Virus record (IMG/VR): IMGVR_UViG_3300028197_000059
Location: 1 to 36,912 of that record
From: a virus
Taxonomy: Duplodnaviria; Caudoviricetes
DNA length: 36,912 nucleotides
Direction: 5' to 3' (one strand)
This document shows, piece by piece, positions 1-8,800 of this stretch (its first letter is position 1; each line of letters begins with the position of its first letter). Position numbers and translations under genes: made by a program. Under the pieces are notes generated by a model that was not told the DNA's origin, did no database searches, and was given only the letters and a program-made list of their open reading frames with translations.

Positions 1-882
1 TTCTAATACTTCTACAACATCAAACTCTTCTGTAATGAACTCTTTTCTTTTCAGTAAGTTCTTACTTCTTTTGTTTTCGTAGACTGTATTGTTACGAACC
101 ATCTGTCCTTCGTAACCATCTTCTGTGTATTGTGAATACAGTTCGTCTAGTTCTTCCTGTGTATCACATGTCTTAGTTTCAACAGTAACTATTGGAAGAT
201 CAAAGTTTTGTGCTTCTATAAAATCCATTCTAGTTTGGAAGTAAGGTTCAACACCATCAGTCCAAACCATATCATATACATGATACTCAACAAGTAAAGC
301 ACATTCATTTGCCTCAAACTCTGTAGGTTTTACTTTACGAACTAGACTTGTAATTTTGTTGAAGTCATCTTTTAGTTTGTGATTATAAAGTTCACCATCT
401 AATATAACATTAGGATAAGTTTCAAAGAATGATTGTAGTGATGAAAAGATATGATTACATGTTGTAATTTCTTTTCCTGCTCTTGTAAACAAACCATCTT
501 TTCTGGCAATACATCTAATGCCATCTAACTTAGGTTGACTAATACCATTTGACTGTGGTCTTTTTGTATAGTCATGTGCTAGTTGTGGTTTGAACTTATC
601 GTAAGTATCAACTAGTGAGATATCTTCGAAGTATTCTTTTTCTACTTTCTTATCCCACATTGCTTGTGCTTCTTTTTGTGCTTGTTCAGCATCTGTAGTA
701 GCATTTGCTTTGCCTTCGTTCTTTCCGTAAGCATCTTTCCAACCACTAGTAACTAGTTTGCCGTCTTTAATGCCTGCAATAGTTCTAGTAGCATTCATCA
801 CACCATTAGAATATTCGACTGTCAGTTCACGAATGTTTCCGTTCGTGTCTCTTTTGTAGAGTGTTTGTAAAGGAAATATCAT
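1..882 (-). CDS. ATP-dependent DNA ligase (3' end runs off the window)
   Basis: Absent from the ORF track. Hand translation from ATG 882 (GGAG RBS upstream) gives MIFPLQTLYKRDTNGNIRE...SQPKLDGIRC (motif I KxDG)...LFTRAGK...ILDGELY (motif III)...GYEGQMVR (motif IV). The frame stays open to position 1. Confidence 0.92.
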   Translation of the reverse strand, partial: MIFPLQTLYKRDTNGNIRELTVEYSNGVMNATRTIAGIKDGKLVTSGWKDAYGKNEGKANATTDAEQAQKEAQAMWDKKVEKEYFEDISLVDTYDKFKPQLAHDYTKRPQSNGISQPKLDGIRCIARKDGLFTRAGKEITTCNHIFSSLQSFFETYPNVILDGELYNHKLKDDFNKITSLVRKVKPTEFEANECALLVEYHVYDMVWTDGVEPYFQTRMDFIEAQNFDLPIVTVETKTCDTQEELDELYSQYTEDGYEGQMVRNNTVYENKRSKNLLKRKEFITEEFDVVEVLE

Positions 883-1043
883 ATTATATAAACTCCATAT
901 ATTGGCCATACATTGGCAATTACTGCTAAGAATAAAAGTACCATAACAAATGCTACAAATAATTTAACAAGAAACATTAAGAAATTTGGCAACAATTTAA
1001 ATGCCAGATATATTATTGCAATTAATCCTATTAGTTCTAACAT
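879..1043 (-). CDS. small hydrophobic membrane protein, 54 aa
   Basis: MLELIGLIAIIYLAFKLLPNFLMFLVKLFVAFVMVLLFLAVIANVWPIYGVYII. Start overlaps the upstream stop (TAATG) and stop overlaps the ligase start (ATGA), so it is coupled on both sides. Confidence 0.75.
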   Translation of the reverse strand: MLELIGLIAIIYLAFKLLPNFLMFLVKLFVAFVMVLLFLAVIANVWPIYGVYII

Positions 1044-1471
1044 TATGCTGCTGCCTCAATTTTAGCTAGTCTTTCGTCTCTGTATCCTAGGGCATCTTCA
1101 CCTAAGTAAACATTGCCGTCTTCTGCTCTGTAAAGAGTTTTAAGACTTGCACTTGCGTCTTTGTTTTTTTGTATTGCTGAGAATTCAGCCTGTTCAAAAG
1201 TAATAAATCCTAAGTCTACAAAGTCTAACAACATATCACAAAATGGAACTTCACCGTTTGATTTCCAAACTGTAAGTCCGTCTACTTGAGCTGTATCGCC
1301 AAACTTAGTTTCAACTGAATCGTCATAAGAATAACCACCTGGGGCTGTTCTAATTTCGCTTTTGTAAAGAACATTACCTGTAAAGGTTTTGTTCGTATCG
1401 TGAATGCTTGCCATTCCGAATTTTTCTCTGTAAATAACTTCGTTTGCTATTTCTACTCTATTTTCTAACAT
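1043..1471 (-). CDS. hypothetical early protein (142 aa from ATG 1471; alternative in-frame ATG at 1504)
   Basis: ORF track 1043..1504. GTGAGG RBS precedes ATG 1471. Lies directly downstream of a sigma70-type promoter. Confidence 0.75.
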   Translation of the reverse strand: MLENRVEIANEVIYREKFGMASIHDTNKTFTGNVLYKSEIRTAPGGYSYDDSVETKFGDTAQVDGLTVWKSNGEVPFCDMLLDFVDLGFITFEQAEFSAIQKNKDASASLKTLYRAEDGNVYLGEDALGYRDERLAKIEAAA

Positions 1472-1515
1472 ATTAGTCCTCACTATTTTTGTTTGTTTCT
1501 TCATTGTATACCGTT

Positions 1516-1544
1516 ATTATGCACTCTTACGAACCATAAGTCAA
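1516..1544 (-). promoter_or_regulatory. sigma70-type phage early promoter
   Basis: TTGACT (1544-1539), 17-bp spacer, CATAAT (1521-1516). Confidence 0.8.
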
Positions 1545-1551
1545 GCATTAT

Positions 1552-1800
1552 TTAAAATAATTCCAATTGATTTGAAGTAACTTCTACCTTTAATTGCTTC
1601 ATTGCGTTACTGTTTAAGTAAGCAGTTTTCCAGTTACCTGAAGGCCATTTAGCATAACCAATTAAGTAGTAATCTGCTTTAACAAGAGGGTTAGCTGTTG
1701 GTTTCCCTGCATCAATACTTAGTACTTCTCCTGTTGTAACACCAGCTGCTGATGTCCATGTTATAGTTTGCCCTACATTCGCCCAATTACTTACTCTCAT
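1552..1800 (-). CDS. small early beta-barrel-like protein (82 aa) ending in QLELF
   Basis: Start reassigned from 1872 (which lies inside the promoter) to ATG 1800, after AAGGTGAG. Sequence MRVSNWANVGQTITWTSAAG...VTSNQLELF. Confidence 0.75.
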   Translation of the reverse strand: MRVSNWANVGQTITWTSAAGVTTGEVLSIDAGKPTANPLVKADYYLIGYAKWPSGNWKTAYLNSNAMKQLKVEVTSNQLELF

Positions 1801-1839
1801 ATTCTCACCTTTTATTGTTTGTTTCTTCATTATACCGTT

Positions 1840-1868
1840 ATTATGCACTCTATAGGACCAAAAGTCAA
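1840..1868 (-). promoter_or_regulatory. sigma70-type phage early promoter
   Basis: TTGACT (1868-1863), 17-bp spacer, CATAAT (1845-1840), with an A-rich tract upstream. Confidence 0.8.
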
Positions 1869-1897
1869 GCACTTTAGGGAAAAGATTTGATTTATTT

Positions 1898-1915
1898 TTA
1901 CTGAGGAATCAGTAA
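1898..1915. other. stem-loop at the late/early boundary (possible weak terminator or PeSL-like element)
   Basis: TTACTGA-GGAA-TCAGTAA perfect 7-bp inverted repeat between the oxygenase stop and the early promoter. Confidence 0.5.
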
Positions 1916-1916
1916 G

Positions 1917-2561
1917 TTAGGAGAGGTGTGAAGCGTCTTTACCTGAGATATCCTCTATCATACACCGCCATAGGTCTATATTAGGGATAACAAAGCCTAA
2001 TGTAAGGCGTGGTTCGTGTGTTCCAGCAGTATGATAGTATACTTTATCGGGTTCTCTACCCCTGCCATAGTATCCTACCTTACAAGACCAGCCACCAGGA
2101 TCTAACATTTCAACGACTTCATGTGTTAATGGGTCTCTATATTTGAAGAATCCACCACCGTTTTCTGTATAGGATAATAGTATGTTGTATCCATGTGCAT
2201 TCCAATTGTTATGCCAACTCATGAATCCATTCTTAGGATAGTATACATGGACAGCCTCGTTGCGAGCTCCCAACCATGTACATAATTCTGTAGATAAACC
2301 CTGGTATTTCTCTTGAAACTCTCCAATATTTCCCATCTTTAAATCATAACTATATGAGATTTCTGGGTATCCTTCATGGCGTCCATCTGCTTTGACTACT
2401 TGATCTAAGTATTCGATAGAACAAGCGTTGTCCATTGTGTCTGTATTCTTAGGATTGTCTTTTGCTAATTTGTTTAAAGGAGATAAGTCTTGTTTAAAAA
2501 ACCAGTCTGAATATGGCACCAACATTTCTTTGACTTCATCTGATATATCAGTCCAAATCAT
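1917..2561 (-). CDS. putative 2OG-Fe(II)/cupin-fold oxygenase with non-canonical HxN...H triad
   Basis: YYPKNGFMSWHNN and YHTAGTHEPRLTLGF resemble the Y.PG...wHxD and H......R.S motifs of DSBH dioxygenases. ATGA overlap with the upstream glycosyltransferase. Confidence 0.6.
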   Translation of the reverse strand: MIWTDISDEVKEMLVPYSDWFFKQDLSPLNKLAKDNPKNTDTMDNACSIEYLDQVVKADGRHEGYPEISYSYDLKMGNIGEFQEKYQGLSTELCTWLGARNEAVHVYYPKNGFMSWHNNWNAHGYNILLSYTENGGGFFKYRDPLTHEVVEMLDPGGWSCKVGYYGRGREPDKVYYHTAGTHEPRLTLGFVIPNIDLWRCMIEDISGKDASHLS

Positions 2562-3304
2562 TTCTTTAAATATATCTCATGTGAAGGAATGGAGTAATGC
2601 CACATAACAATCTCATCTCCGTTTAGTTCCTCATACATGTGGCCGTTAATAAAGTTCCAACGAACAGGCATATCCTCTCCCCATTTAACTCCATGCTCTG
2701 AATATGTTAGAAGTTTCCACATTGTAAAGGTGTCCCACTTCCTAACATCATCTGGATATCCGCCTATATCATTTACATATAAACCATCTACGGTTTGTTC
2801 TGTTTGTTTTATATATTCTCCATACCAAGATTCCATTAACTTAATTGTCTGAGGATTATTTCTGTAAACAAACATTCCACAGTGCATTGTCATTTCTTCT
2901 GTATTAGAAAGTTGTGTTACTTTAGCATTGTATGATCTAATTTTTGTAAAGACTAGATCTAAATCATCGGGTAGTTGATCAAATACAAATTCTATATCTT
3001 CATGTTGACATAACATATCTGCGTCTAGATAACATGTTTTACCTTTGTATGGTGTTTGTCCTAGTGCCCATAGTTTTGCTCTTATATGTTTAGGCACTTC
3101 CCAATGTACTATGTAGTCTGCTATATTCCAATCACTAGGTTTAATCCATTCTTCATGGTCTACATATATTGTTATGTGTGCTTCAGGATAAAATAATTTT
3201 ACTGATTCTGCACAATCAACAGCTGCCTTGTAGAACCTTTCATGTTTAGATGCTACAATTACAAAACCGTTTTCAGGAAATTCCTCAGGATTTATTTTGT
3301 TCAT
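2558..3304 (-). CDS. GT-A fold glycosyltransferase (GT8-like)
   Basis: KLWAL...TPY...YLDADML (DxD motif), HCGMFVY, RWNF and MWHY motifs. Confidence 0.78.
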   Translation of the reverse strand: MNKINPEEFPENGFVIVASKHERFYKAAVDCAESVKLFYPEAHITIYVDHEEWIKPSDWNIADYIVHWEVPKHIRAKLWALGQTPYKGKTCYLDADMLCQHEDIEFVFDQLPDDLDLVFTKIRSYNAKVTQLSNTEEMTMHCGMFVYRNNPQTIKLMESWYGEYIKQTEQTVDGLYVNDIGGYPDDVRKWDTFTMWKLLTYSEHGVKWGEDMPVRWNFINGHMYEELNGDEIVMWHYSIPSHEIYLKK

Positions 3305-3788
3305 CCAATGACTCCATTAATAATATAGTTGTATATGCTTGTACTTCCATAGGAGATTTGGCTTTGCGGATAAGTCTTTTCAATTCTATATTTGAAGAGT
3401 CTTTGATTGCGTCTATTTCAAATGCTTGTAGTTTAGCACCGAATAATTGTTCTTGTTTGGCACGAACTGCTTCTGTTTCTTTTCTTTGAAGTCTCTTTTT
3501 AATGCCTTCATCTCTTCTTCTAATACCTTCTTCTGTATTTTTATCGAGTTGCTCTACACCAAATTCTTCTAGTATTGCTTTGTAGTCTGGGTTTGTGCCG
3601 TCCATGTCCTGGACAGATGCGGTTGCTTTCCTGCCATCGTCGTATTCTAAGACAACGACAATATGTTTGGCCTCTTTATTAGACCAGTAAGGATGCAAGT
3701 ATTTAAAATTCTTTGCTTTTGGTAAATCGTCTTCTACAGTTGTTATGTCTGCAGGATCAATTGTTAAGGGTATAGCCTTCTTTGCCAT
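3285..3788 (-). CDS. hypothetical protein, possibly tail-fibre assembly chaperone-like
   Basis: 167 aa with GGAG RBS. PYWSN-containing beta N-part, then a charged helix ending IRKAKSPMEV. Follows the fibre-like genes. Function inferred only. Confidence 0.55.
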   Translation of the reverse strand: MAKKAIPLTIDPADITTVEDDLPKAKNFKYLHPYWSNKEAKHIVVVLEYDDGRKATASVQDMDGTNPDYKAILEEFGVEQLDKNTEEGIRRRDEGIKKRLQRKETEAVRAKQEQLFGAKLQAFEIDAIKDSSNIELKRLIRKAKSPMEVQAYTTILLMESLDEQNKS

Positions 3789-3809
3789 GATATCTCCATA
3801 ATGTAAATG

Positions 3810-3817
3810 TATTTATA
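3810..3817 (-). promoter_or_regulatory. T4-type late promoter TATAAATA
   Basis: Intergenic AGTATAAATAC, upstream of the RBS of the 3788 gene. Confidence 0.8.
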
Positions 3818-3824
3818 CTGCTAA

Positions 3825-5111
3825 CTAGGCAGTTCTTAACCACAATTTTACCGTACTGGCTGTTGAGCTTGAACTTTTAATTGTATCACCGGCGTATGTG
3901 CCTGAATAATAACCTGTGTAGGTTCCTGAGTAAGTACCTGAGTATGCTGATGTTCCTGTGTATGTACCTGCATAGTTTTTAGCACCCGTATAAGATCCTG
4001 CGTATGCTGAGGTTCCTGTATAATAGCCCGTATAGCTCTTAGCACCTACATAAGATCCTGTGTAGTTACCTACATAGTCTCCTGCGTAAGATGTTCCTGC
4101 GTAACCTGAGTAATCTGCTGCGTAGTTTCCTGTATATGTTCCTGTGTATGTACCTGAGTATCCAGATGTTCCTGAATAAGCTCCTGCATAACTTTTAGCG
4201 CCTGTGTAGCTACCTGCGTATGCTGAGGTTCCTGTGTATGTTCCACCGTAATTTTTAGCGCCTGTGTAACCACCTGTGTAACCACCTGTGTAACTTCCTG
4301 CATAAGCACCTGTATAGTTTTGTGATGCTACATCTTTCTTAGTATCTGTAAAACCACCTGAGTCGCCTTGTTGAACCCATGTGCCAGATCCTGGAGCTGC
4401 TGTTTGTAATACATACTTACCTTTACCACTGGAAATAAGATAGTTTCTAAAGTTAGGCATTTTCTGTTCCATCTCTGCAACAGTCATTTCTTGTACACCC
4501 GCTCCACTATCTTTAACTTTAAGAGGTTTGTAATTAGTTACAGCTGCTGTTGTAGCTGCTGTCTTTTGCCAAATATACATGTTAGCAGTTGTGCCATCTA
4601 CCTGTGTATCTGTTATTGTATATCTAGATGTCCATGTTCCACCTGAAGGTGTTGCTGCGTTTAATGAGTATTGACCTATTGTATAGTTGCCTTGTGCAAC
4701 AAAGTCATCAGCTACCTTATCTAAAATATCTGTGTCTATTTCTGTATCATCGAATTCGTGTATACCTACTGTGCCTGAGGATACATACCCTAAAGGTCTA
4801 TTTGTAACACTTTCGGATACTGTGGTTTCTACTTGTTTAGCTGTGTAAGTAGTAACTGTAGAAGATGCTCCGTCTGTAGGATGTGTTCCTACTGCGTCAT
4901 CTCTCTTTGTATCTGTTGCAGTACCGATAGTTGTTCCTGAACCACCAATGTTTATTTCACCAGTATTTGTTCCATCATGATTGTCTGCGAAATCTTTTGT
5001 AAGTATTGCACTGTAATACTGTTCGATCTCTGTATCAGTCATTTCTTGTAACCCTTGCAAGTTTTCTGAACTAACTGGATATGCTGATGCTTTAATTCTT
5101 AATGGTCTCAT
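3825..5111 (-). CDS. virion structural protein: three tandem domain repeats plus a Tyr-x-Gly repeat insert
   Basis: Repeated motifs RPL...QEMTDTEIEQ / RPL...HEFDDTEIDT / KPL...QEMTVAEMEQ, and a 144-aa YxGx tract. Located at the end of the tail/baseplate operon. Confidence 0.7.
   Translation of the reverse strand: MRPLRIKASAYPVSSENLQGLQEMTDTEIEQYYSAILTKDFADNHDGTNTGEINIGGSGTTIGTATDTKRDDAVGTHPTDGASSTVTTYTAKQVETTVSESVTNRPLGYVSSGTVGIHEFDDTEIDTDILDKVADDFVAQGNYTIGQYSLNAATPSGGTWTSRYTITDTQVDGTTANMYIWQKTAATTAAVTNYKPLKVKDSGAGVQEMTVAEMEQKMPNFRNYLISSGKGKYVLQTAAPGSGTWVQQGDSGGFTDTKKDVASQNYTGAYAGSYTGGYTGGYTGAKNYGGTYTGTSAYAGSYTGAKSYAGAYSGTSGYSGTYTGTYTGNYAADYSGYAGTSYAGDYVGNYTGSYVGAKSYTGYYTGTSAYAGSYTGAKNYAGTYTGTSAYSGTYSGTYTGYYSGTYAGDTIKSSSSTASTVKLWLRTA
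3885..4316 (-). repeat. coding tandem repeat, 32 Y-x-G-x(xx) units
   Basis: Direct parse of the translation. DNA shows 12-nt units such as cctgtgtaacca at 4261-4293. Confidence 0.95.
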
Positions 5112-5121
5112 TTGTTTTTTC

Positions 5122-5652
5122 CTAGTTTACTCTTGTTCCTGATGAATTGTAAATGATAACAGGGCTTAGCCTGTTCCATTTCGTTGCGCCTACTCCTACT
5201 AATTTTAATGAATGTCCTGGTGCTAAATCTACTGCTACGCCACTGCCACCACTATCAATAGTTTCTCCTGTGAGAGGATATACTTTTAAATTTGCTGCTG
5301 TATCATTTAATATGAATGTTTCTAAACCAGCTGCACAATCAGGAAGTTTAACTCCTGAGTTAGCTGCTGCTGTTGTAACTATATTATATGATTTAGTTAA
5401 GGCTGTAGCTCCTGACAAATCACTGCCTGCTGCTGAGACTGCTGTTGTTGCACTTAATGTAGAAGAACCTCCTACAGTTAAAGAACCCGTTGTAGCCAAA
5501 GTAGTAGCGCTTACTGTTGTACCAGAAAGCGTTCCGAAAACAGCATTGTTTCCTGATTCGTATTTGTCAGTATTGAGATTAGTAAAGTTAGCATCAACCT
5601 CATTATTCGTAAGAGGACTACCTTTTGCTGATCTTAATGTTAAAGTTGCCAT
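5122..5652 (-). CDS. short fibre-like virion protein
   Basis: N-terminus LRSAKGSPLTNNEVDANFTNLN is a common phage fibre-attachment motif. Thr/Gly/Ala-rich shaft and small C-terminal beta domain. Confidence 0.65.
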   Translation of the reverse strand: MATLTLRSAKGSPLTNNEVDANFTNLNTDKYESGNNAVFGTLSGTTVSATTLATTGSLTVGGSSTLSATTAVSAAGSDLSGATALTKSYNIVTTAAANSGVKLPDCAAGLETFILNDTAANLKVYPLTGETIDSGGSGVAVDLAPGHSLKLVGVGATKWNRLSPVIIYNSSGTRVN

Positions 5653-5660
5653 TTATCTTC

Positions 5661-5891
5661 CTATGTAATTTTGTTGACTAAAAGTTCTAATGTTTTCCTT
5701 ATCTCAACAATTTCTGTCTTTAAAGTATTTATATCATTTTCATACTCTAGGATCTTATTATTAGCATTTCTTTTGATTTTATATGCTTTAAGACTTTCAT
5801 TGTTTGTATTGAGTAAGGCTTTGGAATTACGATCTCTAACTAAATCTCGTTCTCCCTCTATATTTATAAGTCCACTAGTCACTTGTCTCAT
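5661..5891 (-). CDS. small coiled-coil protein (76 aa)
   Basis: LVRD..SKALLN motif plus a C-terminal heptad helix. Lies directly after the DUF4815-like gene, as in marine T4-like phages. Confidence 0.7.
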   Translation of the reverse strand: MRQVTSGLINIEGERDLVRDRNSKALLNTNNESLKAYKIKRNANNKILEYENDINTLKTEIVEIRKTLELLVNKIT

Positions 5892-5892
5892 A

Positions 5893-8800
5893 TTAAACCT
5901 GCAACGCTATTGCTCTTAAGTCCTTAAAGAAAGGAACTTTAGATGTTGTTGAACTTAAAGGCACAACCTTAACCGCAAAGGTCTTAAAGCCTGAATGTGT
6001 AACGGTACCTACAGTAGCAGTACCACCGCCACCTGAACCACCGCCACCTGTTATAGTTATTGTAGGAGTTGATGTGTAATCTCTACCTGGGTTAGTAACC
6101 GTTATCGCGGATATTTGATTACTACCATTAATGGATGCAACTGCTGTTGCTCCATAACCACCACCACCTGTTATTGTAACTGTAGGAACACTGCTATAAC
6201 CTGATCCTGCAGTAGCGGCAATACTTGCCACTGATTTTACATCATATTCAAATATACCTGAGCTCAGGCCTGCTGAGTTAGCGCCTTTAGCTGGTATTTT
6301 AAATTTGTATTCTGCAAAATCTTCTGTTGATTCGAACGGGTTTGTTACTGATGATAATTCTACCCATCCTAAATCATCTTGGAAGTCTGACTCGTCTGCA
6401 GAATTTAGCATTTTACCATAGACTTTTAAACTTCCTTCTGTTGGAATAGCGGCATCTAGATATACTTCTAGATCTTCTGCATCCTGGCCGTCTTCCAACA
6501 CTACCCTTCTTGTAATATACCGAGAAGAAGCGTTTCCTTTATATCTTGTATTCTCATTAGTAGAATCATTGTTTACACTATTAGCAATACACAATAAATC
6601 CATTTGATCCATTGATATAATTGGGCTAATATTTTCTTGTTGTGTAGTAAATTGTAATTCAATTAAAGCTGTTTTATTATTTGCGTAACCGCCTGCTGCT
6701 GTTGAATTTAATTCAGTAGATCTGCTATAAATTGTATGTTCTTTTTCTAATTTTGTTGTAATATTAAAATCTATATCTGTGTATGTTTCTGTTACACCAT
6801 CTGCACCAACTGCTGTGGCTGAACTTGTTTCGTTAATTGCCACTTTAGCCAATAGTGCTGTTGTAGCTGAAGGTATAATAGAAGCTCCGTTTAGTGCCAC
6901 TTCATTAATTACTTTATTTGTAAATGAACCTATAGTAGCATAACCGTCTACATTACCTATAACATCTCCTACTAAGAATGGAGCTAAATCCCCTTGTCTG
7001 TTTACTGTTAACTGTTTATCTAAAGAATTATAGTTTTCTATTAATCCTTTTTTAAGTTGTATTGTTATCGTTGCTTGTGTAGTAAATCCTCCACCTGTTA
7101 ATACAAGTGTAGGCGCTGATGTATAACCTGTTCCTGGATTTGTAACTGTAATACCTGTTACTACTCCACCACTAACCGTAGCTGTAGCAGCAAAGCCTGT
7201 TCCACTTGTTCCTGTGTTTGTTGCTACTACTGTAGGAGCACTTGTATATCCTGCTCCAGCTGTTAATGCTGTTGTATGGAATCCGTGTATAAAGTTACCT
7301 GGTGTCCAATCAATATCTTCACCTGTACTTGTAGAACTAAAGTTAATCCAATCTAAATTTTCGTTTGCTAATTTACCTGTTGTAGTTCCTAATTTAAAGT
7401 TTGCTCTGTTAAGTCTAAACATTATATCTTGTGACTGATTAGGCGACCATGTTCTGTCATTAGCAGAACTAAACATCATACCACCGTGTGGTTGTTTAGT
7501 AATTCTTTCTGTTGTTCCTATTTGGTTTTCACCTAATTCTGAAATATATAGTTCGTATCCTTCATCATCATTTTCTGGTTTAGGAACAAAACAATATTCT
7601 GTATCGTTTTGTAAATATACTAATTGATCAAATGTAAAGTTAGTTGCAACAAATGATGTTACTCCTCCAGATTCTGTTGAAGTGTTAATACGATTTCTAT
7701 GTAACTTTTTAGTACCATTAGGTATAACACGAGGTCCTGGAACTCCATTAATAACTTCTCTAAGTTCCATTATTACACCGTTAGCTCCGGATGCTGGTTT
7801 AGTTTTAAAGTAAACATCAATGTCTGTAACAAATATGCCTCCTGGCATACCATTAACTGTAAATGTTTGTGCTAAAGGATCTCGTCCACGACGTAAAAAT
7901 CCGCGTCCTCGTCCCATGAAACCAAAGTTCTCACCAAAGTCTAATTCAGGAACGTCCCAGACATTAACTATGGGTTCTGGTGGTGGAGGCGGGGGACTTG
8001 CTGGTATTATTATGTCAGGTAACACTAAGTTACCAATACCAGATCCCATATCAATAATAATATTTGGCCATCCGCCTGCTCCCTGTCCTCTAATAGGGAA
8101 TCCAGGATTCCAAGGAACTGTATCTGGTGCTGGGTTCTGTGGTACCACTGATGGTGGTTGAGGTGGCAATGTTGGCGGAGGTGTTACTGCCGGTGGTGCT
8201 GGTGTAGTTACTAGTTGCGTCACTCTAATTGTTGTAGTTGGAGGAGGAGCCACCGTTGTTACTGGCGCTGCTGTCGTTGTAACTATAGACGAAGTAGGAG
8301 GCCACCCTGCTGGTAAAACGGGATCTGGTGGTGGTAATATTACAATTTGAGGTACTGGTACGGGAACAGGGACTATTGTTACAATCTCTACCGGAGGATT
8401 ATTAATAATCACTGGTGCCGGTGGAGGTGGTAAAGGTGCTCCAGTTCCTATACTGTAAGATAAACTTTGATCTGTTACTACTTGACTATCTGAGAAAGCT
8501 GAGGAAGCTACATTAGCTGTTTTAAATCCTAATATAGTATCTTGTTTTTGTTGTATGAAACCTGAAGATTCAAACACCGCATTAGCAGATGTCTTAGCTG
8601 TTTTATCTTGATTATTAACATCATCTGTAAGTTTAAATACTCTTTGTCCTGTTTTAAATCTTCCTGTAGGTAGTGTGAATCTTACTATTAATGTTCCATT
8701 AGCATTAGTTGTTAATGTAGTTGTAGTTCCATCATCCATTGTACAATTTGCTGATACATCTTCTCCATCAAAGAATGGATAAACTCTTGTAGAAGGTTTT

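Larger units (their letters stand above)
1489..1871. repeat. direct repeat of an ~58-bp promoter/leader cassette (copies 1489-1547 and 1815-1871)
   Basis: Both copies read TGCTTGACTT-TGGT-C-TA-GAGTGCATAATAACGGTATA(CA)ATGAAGAAACAAACAA on the minus strand. Confidence 0.9.

Noticed and set aside
3848-4309. Alternate-frame Gln/Thr-rich ORFs inside the YxG repeat
   Set aside because: By-products of the 12-nt repeat periodicity; no start signals.
3885-4316. Possible CRISPR array, DGR repeat pair or ice-nucleation protein
   Set aside because: Repeats are in-frame coding with wobble variation and no spacers. No reverse transcriptase is in the window. The period is 4/6 aa, not the 8/16-aa AGYGST pattern.
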